Assembly (NCBI RefSeq): GCF_009914755.1
Contig: NC_060932.1
Reading direction: 5' to 3' (one strand)
Length of the DNA stretch: 64,000 nucleotides
Source: the human T2T-CHM13v2.0 reference genome, Homo sapiens
In this document: positions 1 to 13,590 of the stretch, piece after piece
Layout of the letters: each line of letters starts with the position of its first letter
Position numbering within the stretch: the first letter of the stretch is position 1
The notes under the pieces: generated by a model
Seen by the model: only the letters and a program-made list of their open reading frames with translations
What the model was told of the DNA's origin: nothing
Database searches by the model: none
Program-made: the position numbers and the translations under genes

Positions 1-160
1 GCTTGCTGGCCTGTCCTGGACCCTGGTTTCTGGTGTCCACCACCAGCTCACAAGGCTGACCCCCAACACCCTTTCTGCAGGGTTGGGCTGAGAACAGCTG
101 CTGAGCCCTGCCCCTGGCACTTCCTCTGAATGATTCTCTCACCAGTTCTGTGGCCAATGA

Positions 161-553
<393 letters not shown>

Positions 554-1244
554 TAAAGGGCAGAGCTAAGGGAGTCCCTCTTAAGTGGAGCCTTCTGTGG
601 CCTCTTGCATGGGGCTCAGGTGCTGGCCATGGCCCCGGCTCTGTGCAGTCAGGCCCAGCTTGCCCCTTGTGCCAGCCTGGCCACAGATGCCCTTGCCCTG
701 TGTCCACCCTCACTGCCGCTCCCCAGGCCTCCCTTTGGCCTCCCACCAGGCCCAGCCCTGGGGCCTTATTGTTCTGATGACCACGGGGCCACACAGTGCG
801 TGATTGCCAGTGAATGAGTCCCTGAGGGCAGCCTGGGCCGCTGCTGTCCCCAGTGTGCTCTGGAGGCTGCTTGTTATGACAGTGGGGGCTTGACCTTCCC
901 TCTGGCGGGATGCAGAGAGACAGCTGCTGACGGTGGCCAAGGTTGACCCCTCAGTGAACACACCAGGCACCTGGCACATCCCTGGTGTGTGCAGGGGCAG
1001 GAGTCACGGTGAGCAGTGACATGGTGCCCACCTCCACAGGTGACAACAGCCCCCCACAGGTGACAACAGGCCCCTGCAGGTGCAGCCCCAGGCCATGAGG
1101 AGGGCCCAGGGCTATGGGCACTTGGTGGCACTGGTAAGGGTCACCCTGGCATCTCGTAGGCCCCTGAATGACAATGCCATTGCAGAGGGGGACTGGGGTA
1201 GGGACGCAGGGTGAGTGTGTCTCGGGGACACGGGTGCCACTCAC

Positions 1245-4200
1245 CAGCAGGGAGATGAGCTGGGCCTGGGGGTTGGGGCTGATGAGCTCCTGGGGGGGCC
1301 GCAGTTTCAGCTTCATGTAGAGCAGGGTGATCACCTTGCGGGCCAGCTGGAGGTTGGCAGCCAGGGCCTTCCACAGGGGAAGGGTCCATCTGGGGAGACA
1401 GGGGTGGGTGGCCCCAATGCCTCACGGGTCATGAGAGGGACCTGCGGGGGCAAGGCCTTCAGTGCACTCTGAGTGGTGGCTCCCAAACAGGCCTCGGGGT
1501 GGCCGTGTGTGAGAGCAGAGACGGCTGGGTCTCTGCACGCAACATAGGACACACATGCACAACAAACATCCCCCTCCCACACAGGAGCCTTACCACCCAC
1601 GCCTCACGCTGTGCACCCCGCACCCCTCCCCAGGCGCCCAGGCAGCTGCAGCGGCCGTGCTCTTGGTGTTTCCCATGCAGTGTTTGGATGTGGGAGCGCT
1701 TGACTTGTTGCCTTTTAAAGCAAAGGGCACGCCCACCTCCCTAGGCCCAGGGCTGTGCGGAGAGGGGGCCCCACCACCCTCTGCCTTCTGCCCTGGCCTT
1801 GTTAGGCCTCACCCCAGCCCCAACAGCCAGGGCGGCCGGACCCAGAGCGGCAGGTGATGCTGGGGTGACCTGGGGCTCGGGGAGCAGCACGTGGGGTGGG
1901 CTCCGCCTGGTCTCATCCCCCACCTGAGCCCTGCATCCCCTTGTAAGCGCTGCCTCGGGAGTCAGTGCTGGATTGGGTGAGGTGACTGCAAGGGGCCTGT
2001 CTCCTAAGCTGCTCCCTGAGTGTGCGGCCCCCGGCCTCCGCTGCCTTTCTCTGCCTTTCGGTCCCTGCTGTGCGGGGGACTCACGTGGGGGCTGGATGAG
2101 AAGTAGTACACCATCCTGGAGGCAACGTTGTCCACCCAGGGCAGGATCTTCTCCTTGGCATGCAGGGCCATCTGTCCATAGCACAGCAGGGTGGTGCTGC
2201 TGACCCATCTCCTGTGCAGATCAAGGCCTGGCTGTGGGGGACGGGCAGTGGGAGCTGGGCCTTCGGGGGACTCTGCTCTCGGCTCGCCCCTGACACCAAC
2301 ACAGCTCCCACCCCTTCCACGGTGGAGAAAGCTTCAAGCCCTGCGCACAGGGTCAGGACAAATGCCAGCCGTGTCCACACCCTGCGTCGGACCATGTTCC
2401 CGGGACTCGTGCCAGTCCCCTCCTCCAGGAAGCCCCTCTATTTGTGGGCCCTCGGGGAACCCCGTGCATGCCCGGGCAGCACCTCCTCCTTCCAGTGTCT
2501 CTTGTTCTCTCCCAGCGAGGCCCCAGGGTAGGGACGGCCAAGACAATGAAGTTGCTCCACATGTCCTCCCGGCTCAGGTGCGCAGCTGAGGACACTGAGG
2601 CCCAGCCACACACACCACCTGGGGCCAGGGCAGGCCCCATGGCCCTGGTCCTCAGCCCAAGTGCAGCTCCAGACCGAACTTTGGGGTCCCAAGACTCGCC
2701 TCTGTGGCCAAGGCAAGTACAGAGATGCTTTCGCCATGATCCAGCCTGGGTCCCCCACACCAGCCCTTCAGGGAGGACAGCGGGGCCAGAAATCCCTTGT
2801 GTCATCAATGAGCAGACCGAGGCTCAGAGACACAGGTGACGTTCCCCAGGCCCAGGGGCCAAGGCCTGCGCCCTCCCTGCCACGTCGCCCTGTTTGGCAT
2901 CAGCCTCATGCTCAGGGCCTCTCTACCTGGCTGTCTGAGGACGGGAGGGCCAACCTCCAGCAGGGCCCACACCTCCTCCAGATGCGAGGTGGACGTCCAT
3001 CCCACAGCAATCGCAATGCCCTGCGGACTGGGGACCCGGGGGTGCTTTGGGCTGGTCCTCAAGAGACAGTGAAGACACTCCCAGCCCTCCCTGGGGGCCG
3101 CAGCTTGCACTGGGCAGGGGGTCCCATTCCCCCCAGCAGGGACCCCTCTGCCAAGGTGGGCCCAGGACACACGCAGCCTGGCAGGTCTCGGTTCCTGCCC
3201 ATCAGCACCTGACAAGACACTCCAGTGCCTCGAGGATCACACAGGATCGTGAAGTGAGGGACAGGGGCCTGGGATCAGCAGGGGCCCGGGATCAGCAGGG
3301 GCCCATCTGAGGCAGGGCCAGAGCTGTGCTGACCAGAGGGTCCCCAGGGTGCTAACACCCACCTCCCTTTGGTTGGAGGACTGGTGGGGCATCTCCAGGA
3401 GGCAGCCCATGTGCTTCCGCACCAGCTCCACGCCAGCGCAGTCTCGAAGGACCAGCCTGTACAAGTGGAAGGGGAAGTTCTGGGCGGGACGCCAAGGGAA
3501 AGGGGATGCTGCTGCTGGGTCCAGCCTGCCTCTCTGAGCGGCACTCACAGGTCCGTCTGCAGAGCCACCCAGGCTGGAGGGAAGCAGGTGCTGGGCCCCT
3601 ACCCCCGCCCCATGGCTGCCTGCTGCTCCGTGGGGGCTGCTCCAGGACTTCAAGCCTGGTGACTCCTGCAGGAGGTGTCTACACTGGCGCCTGAGTCTGG
3701 GGCCGGGGGAGCTGCCTTAGAACACAGAGCCCAGGACTGGGTGGGCCTTGCTCCTTGTGGGTCCCAAGCACATACCCCAGCCCGCTGAGTGCTGCCGTAC
3801 ACCCTGCCTGCCACGCGGGCCATGCTGTGCACAGGGCCCTGGCCATGCTGGACTCCCAGCCTGGGGACCTCAGACGCCCTGGGCAGAACTCTCACTGCAG
3901 GGACGCTGCCTGCTCCCCTCCCCTCTGCACCCCCAGAGCCTGCCCGTGGGTGCAGGAGCCACAGAGCGGCAGGTCTCATGTCCATCCACCACCTTCCAGA
4001 TCCAGAGGGCTTGGAGTCCCTGCAGTCACTTTGGGAGGGGAGGGAACTGACAGCCCTTCCACACCTGGGCACCAGCCTTCTCTGAAGCCTGCTGGGAGTC
4101 TAGGCTCAAGAGCTGCAGAAGCTCCTGGATGCCACTGTCCTCGGTGTCTGAGGCCTGCTCCTTCCCGGCCAGCTATGGCAGAACAAGGTGCCCAGGGCAT

Positions 4201-5503
4201 GGACTCCCTGCCCCCAGCCCTCCTGCCAGGGACAGGAGGACAGGGCCCAGAGTGGACAGAACAGAGATGGTCCCACCAGGACCCATGGGCAGGTGGAGAA
4301 CACAGTCTACTCTCAAAGGGTGGAAGGAAAGGGTCGGGTTGAGGCCCCACCCACAGCTGGGGGCTCAGGCTCAAGTGTGATTCTGGCCACAGGCTCCTCT
4401 GCTTAAGACCCCACCACCCCAAAGACCTTACCCTTAGGACAGAGGCCAAACCCTTAACAGGGCAGCCTGCAAGCCTGGATGCCCTGGCCCTGCCCCCGTG
4501 CCTGGGAGTGCCCCCGCCCTTCTGTGATGCCTCATGCTGGCCCCAGGGCCTTTGCACAGCCTGTCCCCGCCACCTGGGCAACTTTCTCTCCCACCTCTTG
4601 TACCTTCATTGGCAGTCGGCCCCAATGCCCTACTGTGTGTCCCCCTTTGTAAGCACTCAGGCCCTGCTGGGGTGTCTCCACCTGCCTGTCTACCAGGCCC
4701 TGGCCCCCAAATAACCCGTCTCTCAGAGTGAAGGAGGCTGACAGCAGCCCTGAGAGGTGAGGGGCATGCGGAGGCTGCACGTGAATCAGGCCGCAGCAGG
4801 AATGCAGAGGCAAGAGGCCAGGACGGCCCCTGAACCCCGGGACCCTCAACAAGCCCTGGCAGTGGTCCAGGCCCTTAGCAAGTCTAGAGGATGGCCCCCC
4901 AAAGAGGGCTGGGGCACACAGAACAAGGGGGTCCTGCTGCCCCCACTCCCAGGCCTGGTGTGAGAACAAGCCTAGGAGGCTGAGCTGGTGCCCTGGGGAC
5001 GCCTCAGGCCCTCCCCGTCCTGCAGGTCAAGAGCAGACAGACCAGGGCTGGGCTCAGAGTGGCTGCAGCCTGGGCCGCCCCCTGCCCTTTTCCTCGCAGG
5101 GAGCAGCAGTGTCGGTCCTGACTTCCTCACCACTTCTGCACCTTCCAGCGGGAAAGTCAGGGGCTTTAGGGATGGCCGGGGCTTGTGGGAGCCGAGGTGA
5201 CAAGGGAGTGATGGCAGCTGAGCTTGGGAGGCGTGGGCTCCGGGCTTGACAAGGCCACCAGCTGCCCAGTGAGTCCTGCAGAGGCCCCCCGGAGCCCCAT
5301 GGCTCTGTACATGTCAGGGCCACAGAGGGTGCAGAGCGTGGCTGGGGATCCTACCTGGCTGTGTTCCACCAGCTGGTTTAGGATGGTCTCCAGCACCTGG
5401 CTCTGCTCCATGACCTCCATGGCCCTGATCCTGCTGGTGAGCTCTTCCTCCCTGGGGAGGCACTCACCCAAGGACACTCCCACGAGCCCTGGGTCTGGGC
5501 GAT
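1245..5503 (-). pseudogene. MROH4P: Decayed maestro heat-like repeat family gene (at least 5 recognisable exons)
   Basis: AG/GT-bounded segments translate to MROH-like helical peptides: 5355-5503 (..EEELTSRIRAMEVMEQSQVLETILNQLVEHSQ), 3363-3479 (NFPFHLYRLVLRDCAGVELVRKHMGCLLEMPHQSSNQRE), 2927-3020 (GIAIAVGWTSTSHLEEVWALLE..), 2085-2231 (PGLDLHRRWVSSTTLLCYGQMALHAKEKILPWVDNVASRMVYYFSSSPH), 1245-1389 (WTLPLWKALAANLQLARKVITLLYMKLKLRPPQELISPNPQAQLISLL). Exon phases are inconsistent. Symbol from recalled gene order next to ARC. Confidence 0.7.
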
Positions 5504-6587
5504 CTGCGGGGACCAGGAGGCAGAGAGGCACCCCTTGCCCTGCCTGCCAGCCTGTGGCCTCCTGCCCCCTGCAAGCCTGGGACCCTTGTGGGTGCTGGGA
5601 GCTCACAGGAAAGTCTGGGCTGCTCTAGAGGCTCCAGACAGCCCATAACTGCTGTCTTTAAAATGCACATGGAGGAAAAGGGTGTGAAAGTAGCTAAGAA
5701 GCTGGAAGCACCAAATGCAGAGGCCCAATCACCCCTGCAGGGCCGGGACACACCGCAGAGTTCCAGTGGTGGCTCAGGGCCTGGACCAGGTGCAGACCCA
5801 CACCCAGAGCCTGAAACGAACACCTGATGTGCAGGACGACGGACAGGGCCAAAGTAACCGCTGAGCATCTGGAACCAAACTTTACCTGCATCCTGCCCTA
5901 TTCCCACCAGACTACATTCCAAACGAAAACTGAACACAGAGGAGATGTGGGTTTCATCACCCCAGTTTCAGGGTAGACGGGGGTTTCTAAACATGAAACG
6001 GAGGCAGCCCTAAAGGACACACCTTCACAGTTAGCAACGTAGACCACAATTCACCCAAAAAGCCCACCTCACAGACAGCTGAGGAAACCGTCACCACACC
6101 CGGAACAAGGGGTGAGGGCCGGAGGGGACAGGCCTCGCACCCCAACCCGCACCAGGCTATGGCCATGGTCAGAGGCTTCCAGAAGAGGAAGCCCGACTGG
6201 CCAAGAATTAAATTAAAAGATGGTCCACCCCACCAGTAATGAAAGAAATGCAGGTTAAGGCAACAAGGAAGTGTGATTTCTCCACTGTCAGCAAGACAAA
6301 GACAAGGAGTGAGAGGAAGCCATCCTCACGCCCCAGGGCTGGCCACTCCTCCTCTTTGCAAAATCAGTGAGTGACAAACAGGACTCCATGTGGAAATTGA
6401 AGAGTCTATTTGACGCTGCACAGATGATATGATTCCTGTTTCATGAACAGAACGAGGCCGGAAGCTTGGCTGTGAAGGCAAGTGTGAATTGTCAATTTGA
6501 CAAACGCTTTTGCAAAGATGACCAATGCTTCTGTAATCAGAAAAGAAATGGTAAAGCTGCCTGCCAGGGTCCTGCTGGAAATAGGGA

Positions 6588-6595
6588 TGACGTCA
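6588..6595. promoter_or_regulatory. Full palindromic CRE (TGACGTCA)
   Basis: Exact motif beside a CpG-enriched stretch at about 6600-6950; function not shown. Confidence 0.3.
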
Positions 6596-8943
6596 GAGAG
6601 AGCCTCAAACCGTCAGCGTTGGCCACCGCCTTGCACTGCGCCCATGCTTGGAGCCCCGAGCCCCAGGCCAGGCCCTGCCCGCCCGCTCAGCCCTGCTCGC
6701 CATGCTCCCGCCCTTGCTGCTGGGGCGGCCGGCAGGGAGCCCACCTGAGGCGCAGAGGGAGGCCATTGCCGGGCGCTGCCACCATGAGGAGTCCCGAGTC
6801 CTGGGGAGACAGGTCCTGTGCAGGGAACAGAGGGACGTGTCACTCACGCCTGCCGGGGCCAGAGCTCGACTCCGAGGGACCCCCAGTCACCCCAGTCCTC
6901 ACCCGGTCTCCTCGCCACGGTAGGTCGCCCCCACCTGTACCAGGGCCCTAAACACCGCTGGTCACTGCAGCATGGGAGGGCTCTCTGTGGGACCTGGGAA
7001 GGAGGGAGGAGGAGGCTGCCACACTGGGCCTAGCCTTTGAGCCCCACTTGCTGGGACTCCTCAGAGGCCCCTGGGGATCCCCTGGGTCCCATGCCTGTCC
7101 ACCCAGCCTCCCACCCAGCTCAGGGTCTCAGTCCGCACAGCAGGGGCAGTGCTGCATTGGTACGTAGTCCTGCCTCCTTCCCAGTACTGGGAGCTCAGCT
7201 GCAGCTCAGGCAGCCTTGGGACAGCAGAGCCAGGCCAGAGCCTCCCGGGCTGGGCGGACGGCCGCACGTCTGAGAAGCCAGCCGGGCTGCACCTGCCTCT
7301 GAGGGCCTCTCTACCACCCCCCCAATCTGCCCTCTCCCTTGGAGGTCTGCAGGGCCTGGCACCTTCCTCTCCTCGACCCTGAGCCCCTCCCTGGACTGCC
7401 ACCCTTAGACCCAGCTTGGAGACATTAGGGGGTCATCTGGGGATCTTGTTAAAATGCACCCTGGGGTTCAGCATGTCTGATCTGGGCCAGAACCTGCGTT
7501 TCATGCAAGCTTCCAGGTGGCCCCTGAGCCCAGATGGAGGAGGCCTGGTGCCCACCCTGGCCCCCTAGCCCCAGGCTGATGAGCCAAGGGGCTCCACCCC
7601 AGAGGGCCCTCTACCCGAGACCCTCCAAGACCCCCGTTCCTTGCTGCCCAGCCACACAGTGGCCCAGAGACTCAGCCCCAGCACCTACCCTGCCCCACTG
7701 CTGTCGAGGGAAGGTCCCCCAGACCCTACAGCCCCGTCTACTGCCGACTCCCCTTGCCCTGTGGCCAGCCCAGCCCACTCCCACCACTGCCAGGCCATAA
7801 GGCCATCTTTTCAGTTCTTTAAAAGAAGGCACCTAGGACACCCGCCCCCACCACCCCCACGCCATGGAACCTCGGCACAAACTTCCCGTCCTCTTGCCTG
7901 GGATCATGCAGCCCTCCCCCCTCATGGTTAAACATGCTCGCTTCTGCCCTGCCCTCCTGACACACAGGCTAACCGAAGAAGCACCTGCGAAGAAAGGTCT
8001 GTTAGCTACATGTAAGGTTTAAAGGTTAGGAAGGATTGCAGCCAGCTCCCAGGCGCAAGCGCAGGACACGTCACACCTGCCCAGGGAGGACTCCCAAGGG
8101 TGGCCAGGCACCCTCAGGCCCTCTGACCATGGCATGTAGGGTTTGGCTGTGAATCCCACCTCCAGGGAGTGAATCTATAGGAAAAATTAGAAATGCCTAA
8201 AAAATTCACTACTTAAGGCTTCTTTCCAGGTTTAAAATAGCCACACATGTTCAAAAATAGAGCAAGAATGGGCACGTTTCTGAAGACTATTTAATGACTG
8301 GGACGGCTCAGGATCCAAGTGGAACGAAAAAGTCTCATGATTCTCATTGAAAATTGAATTATCTCTGGGTGCCGGGATTCCGGGTGATTTTTTTTTTTTC
8401 TGAATCCTTTTCAAAATTGTCCAACGAGTCTGCAATGAGCATGGATTTACCCTTCTCAGAGAAGAAAATACTTATTTAAAGCCAAAACTGATGTTTTTTT
8501 TTTTAAGGCAAGGAAAGGACAAACCAGCAAATACTCCCTTTGGGTTAGGGAGGGCCAGCCGGAGAAGAAGCCGAGGGGCAGCCAGCACAGGTTCCGCCCT
8601 GCCCTGGGGTCAGAGGTCTGAGACCCTGGTGGCCCTGGAGTCTGAGGAGAAGATGGGAGGGGTCAGGTCTTCCAGGAGAGGGTGGGAGAGGGTGGGGGCG
8701 CTGCCCAGCCAAGGAGGGGCCTCATGAGTGCGGGGAGAGGCGGCTGCTGGGAGCAGGACACCAGGCCCTCTCCTCTCTCAGCCTGGGGCAAACTTGCTGA
8801 GTTTTCTGGGAGGAAGCTCCAGAGCGTGGCTGTCCCAACCGAGGGGAATTTAAACTAGGCTGGGCCCAGCCATGGGATGGAGCTGGAGGTGCCAAGAGGC
8901 TGGCCCCTGAGCTCACAGTCATCCTGGGTCTCCCCGCTTGTCC

Positions 8944-9216
8944 CAGAAGCTTTGCTAGGGAGACTGATCAGCCCCGGCCGTGAGTGACTGCCCCGTCTGC
9001 CCGTCCACCCGCAAACAGCAGAAGCTTTGCTAGGGAGACTGATCAGCCCCAGCCGTGGGTGACCGCCCCGTCTGCCCGTCCGTGAGTGACCGCCCCGTCT
9101 GCCCGTCCGTGGGTGACCGCCCCGTCTGCCCGTCCGTGGGTGACCGCCCCGTCTGCCCACCCGTGGGTGACCGCCCCGTCTGCCCATCCACCCCAAAACA
9201 GAAATTGCTTGCTAGG
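8944..9216. repeat. Nested tandem repeat: 75-bp duplication containing 5 copies of a 27-bp unit
   Basis: CAGAAGCTTTGCTAGGGAGACTGATCAGCCCC at 8944 and 9019; CCGTGGGTGACCGCCCCGTCTGCCCGT x5 at 9053-9187. Confidence 0.9.
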
Positions 9217-12200
9217 CTCCTAGACGTCATCCGACCAAGGAGAAGGGACCAGGCGGCAGGCAGGGGAGCGCCTCGACCGCGTTACTCTCCCTTGATGGCA
9301 GCAGAAAGGGAGGCATTCTCAGGGTGCGTGTGTACCACTGAGCCCCCAGAGGCCTCTTCTGCACAGCGGCTGCTGCGGAGGTGTTGGGAAGGGATTCCCG
9401 AGGTGAGGTTTGGTTCTCAGCTGCAGGGGACAGACTTCCAGGTGCCCTGAGGGATCTTAGAACTGGACCAGGCTACCCAGCAGCCCCCACAGGTGAGCCC
9501 AGCAACTGCCACCGTGCAGGGTTGGGGGTGATACCTTCCCACAGGTATCCACCCCAGACCCAGCGAGCCACTGTCTGCAGAGTCAGCAAGATTGCTTCCC
9601 GAGAAAGCCTGTCCAGCAGCCAAGGGCTTACAAGGGACCAGTTCTCAACAGTCTGGAGGTTGAGGGGAACTTCACCCAAAGGATTCTGGCCTCAACTGAC
9701 TCTGCAGGCAGCTGAGGGAATTCCTGAGCACACGTGGCCCTGAGGCTGAGAAGGAGGAAGCTCTGGAAACAGGAAGCCGCAGTACCCTGACCCAGGCAGG
9801 GGCCCTGAGACAGTGGAGCCCACAGTTGGCCTGAGGAAGGGTCCCCTAGGAGGGGCCACTGACCAGGGCTCTGGGGAGGGGCTTCCCTTCCTAGAAACCC
9901 TCACCAGCCCCTAACCATCCCCAGGAAGAGGCTGGAGGGCTCCAAGAACACCACGGATGGGGTGGTCGCCTTAGCTCATGCTATGGGTTTGGGCTCACTG
10001 TCATTTGGGATCGTGCGTGTCCTCCCTCGAGTCCATGAGTCAGCCCCACTGCCTGAGATTGCGGTCCAGGATTGACCTGAAGAATGGAACCAGTCCAGAG
10101 GCGGGGGATGCGGCTGCCCTCGGGCTCATGACTGACGGCCCAGGCATCTTCAGAGGGGCTTTCCTGGGATTACAAGCCCCCAGCAGAGACAGCTAGGGCG
10201 TGGCTAAACCCACTGCCATGTCAGGAAACTTAGCAGTAAAGCCTTCTCCCACTCCCCACAATGGGACACGCTGGTGACAGCAGCCTCGGTCCTGGGCAGG
10301 CTGGAGAAGGACGTGGCCCCTCAGTCCTGCTGGAGGCCTCGGGAATGACCCCCGCCTAGGACACAGCCAGCTCCACTATGGGGTCACCCTGAGTCTTCTT
10401 TAGGAGACTCTTAAGAGATAACATCCCTGAGGAAACTCTGTCCAGTAATAGAGTTTTGTTTTGTTTTGTTTTTAATTTTTTAAAGAGCTGTCCTCTGAGA
10501 GACGCTTGTCATCACCACCAACCCTGGGGAGCTGGGAAAGTTCCTAAGAGAATATCCCAGCTTCATAACTGCTGCAGTGGGGAGCTCCCTGAGCCACAGC
10601 CATAGCCTTTCTCAGGGGCGTGTGTGAGGCTGGGGGACAGAAGGGAGTGGAGACGCGGCTCCAGGCTCCAGGTGGCTGTGGAGGGGTGTGTAGAGGGTGT
10701 GGTCCCCAGGGTTTCTCCCCCCATGCCAACAGCTGCCCCTGGAGAGATAGGCCCAGGGCTCTGAAGAGAACTGGGGGCCTGGGACCTGGGCCACTGGGCT
10801 GAGGCCTTGGTCTGGGACCCCGTCTCCAGCCGTGGAAAGTGGTTTTGGCACAGAGCTGGAGGGGTGGTGGCCAGGCCTAGAGACAAGGCTCCTGTGTGTG
10901 GCTCGCTGGGCGGCCAGGGGGGATGACCACAGGTGGCCTCCTTCAGCAACTTGGGCCCCAAGCACCCTCCCTGCTGGACAGCCTGGCTTTGGGGACTGTA
11001 GGGAGACCCAGGAGCAGGCCTGCTGCCCCCTGCTCCCTGACAGGACCCCTGGGCTCACTCCTTCCCCAGACCTCCGGAGGGAATTTGGGGTGAGGGTGGG
11101 ATGAGGCAGAAGTGGGGGAGGGACAGAGACCCTGACCCAGGCCCCCGGGCTCCCTAGGGAAACATGAGTTTCCTAGTCCCCACAAACCCTGCAGACAGCA
11201 GGGGACCCTCTAGAAGAGAGGCTGGAATTGGCCCAGGGGGACCCAGGGACAGAGGTGACAGGGCCAGGCTTAGGCGGGCAGCCATTGGTCTAACCAGGGT
11301 TTACAGGGCCATTCTTAGAGAAGCAGAGCTCAGCGGCACACAGCTTCTCAGGGACCTGGGTGCAGCCGGCCAGGCACAGGGACCAAGGGGTCTGCCAGAG
11401 GTGGGGCAGAGCATGGGTGAGAGTCAGGTTCTCTCCGGGAAATACTTCGAGAGGGGCAGGGAGGAGTAGCTGGGGGTGCCATGGGCGTGGAGTGGGGGTG
11501 GCGTCATTGACAGGAGCCACGGCCAAGGCCTAGGGGAGGTTTTGTGGAGAAACGGGAGCTGGGAGCAGCAAAGTCAGGACTCTGGGGCGGTGGGCGGGAG
11601 GAGCTGCTGCCCTGGGGACCCCGAGGCCTTACGGGGTGAGCACCTCAGGAAAAGCAGGCTGGGGGTCGGGGGCAAGCTCCGCTTTGGCCGGGCTGAGGTC
11701 AAGGCACCTGTGAGTGAGTTGGAGTGAGGGGAGGAGCGGCAGGGCCCTGGAGTAGAGTCCAGGGGAGGTCCCAAGCCCAGGGATAAGCTCTGTCATGGGG
11801 TGAGAGACAGGGCAGAGACAGACTGGAGGCTGGGAGGCCAGGAGAAGGGCTGGAGTCAGGGACAGGGGTCTATACCCACCCTCCCCCCGCCACCCCACTG
11901 GTGTCTGAGAAAGGACTCCCACAGGGTCCCCAGAACTTGGTCTGAGTTCCTCAGTGTGCACTGGTCACTACTAGCATGGACTGGAAAGCCGGGCGTGGAG
12001 TACGTGGAGATCCAGACTCCACAAGACGAGGCTGAGCACAGCCACGCCTCCCCTGGGGCGCCCCTCGGCGAGGGACAGGGCCCTGACTGGTGACAGCTTA
12101 CTTCACAAAGGGGACACCGAGCCTGGAGAGTGGCTGCTCTGCGGAGCCCGTGCAGGACCTGCGGTGGCTGGTCTGTGCCTTTCACCCATGGACGGTGCCC

Positions 12201-13494
12201 CCCACCATGCCGCCTGAAGTCCACAGAGGGGATGGGGGACCGTGGACCTGGGGCACGGGGTGGCAGAGGCAGCGTGGCGCTTGTGGGTGGGGAAGGGCCC
12301 CATCTGGGTGGGACACAGGGTGGGCATGCACAGTCTCCTCCCCCATCTCGGCTGAGCCCTGCTGCAGCCCACGGCTCCCAGAGCAGGCCTGTCACCCGCC
12401 GACTCATGCATCCTGCATAGAATAATTGAGTGCCCAGAATGTTCTGTCCTACATTGGCTTGGGAAAGGGAGAAAAAGATGTAACCAAGGTCATCTTCACC
12501 CCTGAGGGCTCGAAGCCCAGGAGAGGAGACAGGCTTGTAAAGGGAGAGCCATCCAAAAAGGTCAGTGGAGAAAATCTGGGCAGGCCTCCCAGAGGAAGGG
12601 GCTCTGGGTTGGAGCTGAAGGCACAGACAGGAGTTTGCTAAGTGGTGAGGAAGGAAAAGTCTTGCAGCAGAGAGAACGACATTCAAAGGCCCGGAGTGGG
12701 ACGAGTGCAGCCATTCCGGGGGCAGGAGCGCTGGGCGCGGTGGCCCGGCCTGGGGGACCCACGTGGCTTCTGCAGTGGAGCAGCGAGTCGGTGCCGGTTT
12801 GCAGAGCCCTTTAGAAACGCAGGGCTCAGGAGCTAAGGTTTTGTCTTAGGACTGAATGGAGGCTTCACAGCAGTGCAGTCAGGAGAGGAGGCTGACAGGG
12901 CCGAGGGGCTGTGCAGGTGGGAGCCTCCCTTCCTTCCGCTGGACTCCACAGGACGCCCTTCCCCTCAGCAGTCACGGTGGCCTCTGCGTGGCCCCCGCTG
13001 GGAGACAGCGTGAGGGGTCGCAGCGGCGCCATCAAACTCCAGGTCCTTCCCTTGCATTTCTCAGGTTTCTGCAAGGGGCACGTGGGGGCACGTCCTAAAA
13101 ACCCACTGCGCCTCCCGTCCCTGCCCACCCAGGCCGCGGCTGCTCCTGTGTCTATCTCTGACTCCCTGGAAGTTCTCCTCCAACCCCACCCCACACACCA
13201 CCTGCTGTCTCCCTCCCACCTCCTTTCTTCCTGGTTCTGGGTCCCCAAATGCCCCGGAGCTGCGTGGGATAGGAGCCTCGCTGGGGGGAGGCGGGGGCTG
13301 GGTGGTGAGGATCGGGGAAGCTGAGCTCTCAGGACTGGGGGCCCCTCCTGCACCCGTCTCCACAGCAGCACCTTCCCGAGCCCGAGGTGGCCAAGCCTTG
13401 CGTGTGACTGTGAACCAGTGCCTGCCGCAGGCCCCGCCCTCAACCTCGTCCTCCATCGCGTGCTGTGGGGCCTGGGGAGATGACTGAATGGCTA

Positions 13495-13590
13495 GGTGCC
13501 TCAGTTTCCCCACCTGTAAACCAGTGTCGGCTGCACGTGGTTGTGATGAAGACTGAGTGTCGATATGAAAAGCACTTGGACAAGTCCGGT
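13495..13590. mobile_element. MIR fragment
   Basis: MIR core-like GCCTCAGTTTCCCCACCTGTAAA; similar cores near 26590, 36280, 38060, 47820, 50675. Confidence 0.5.

Noticed and set aside
3480-5354. Additional MROH exons
   Set aside because: Several AG..GT segments exist but none gave a peptide I could recognise without an alignment.
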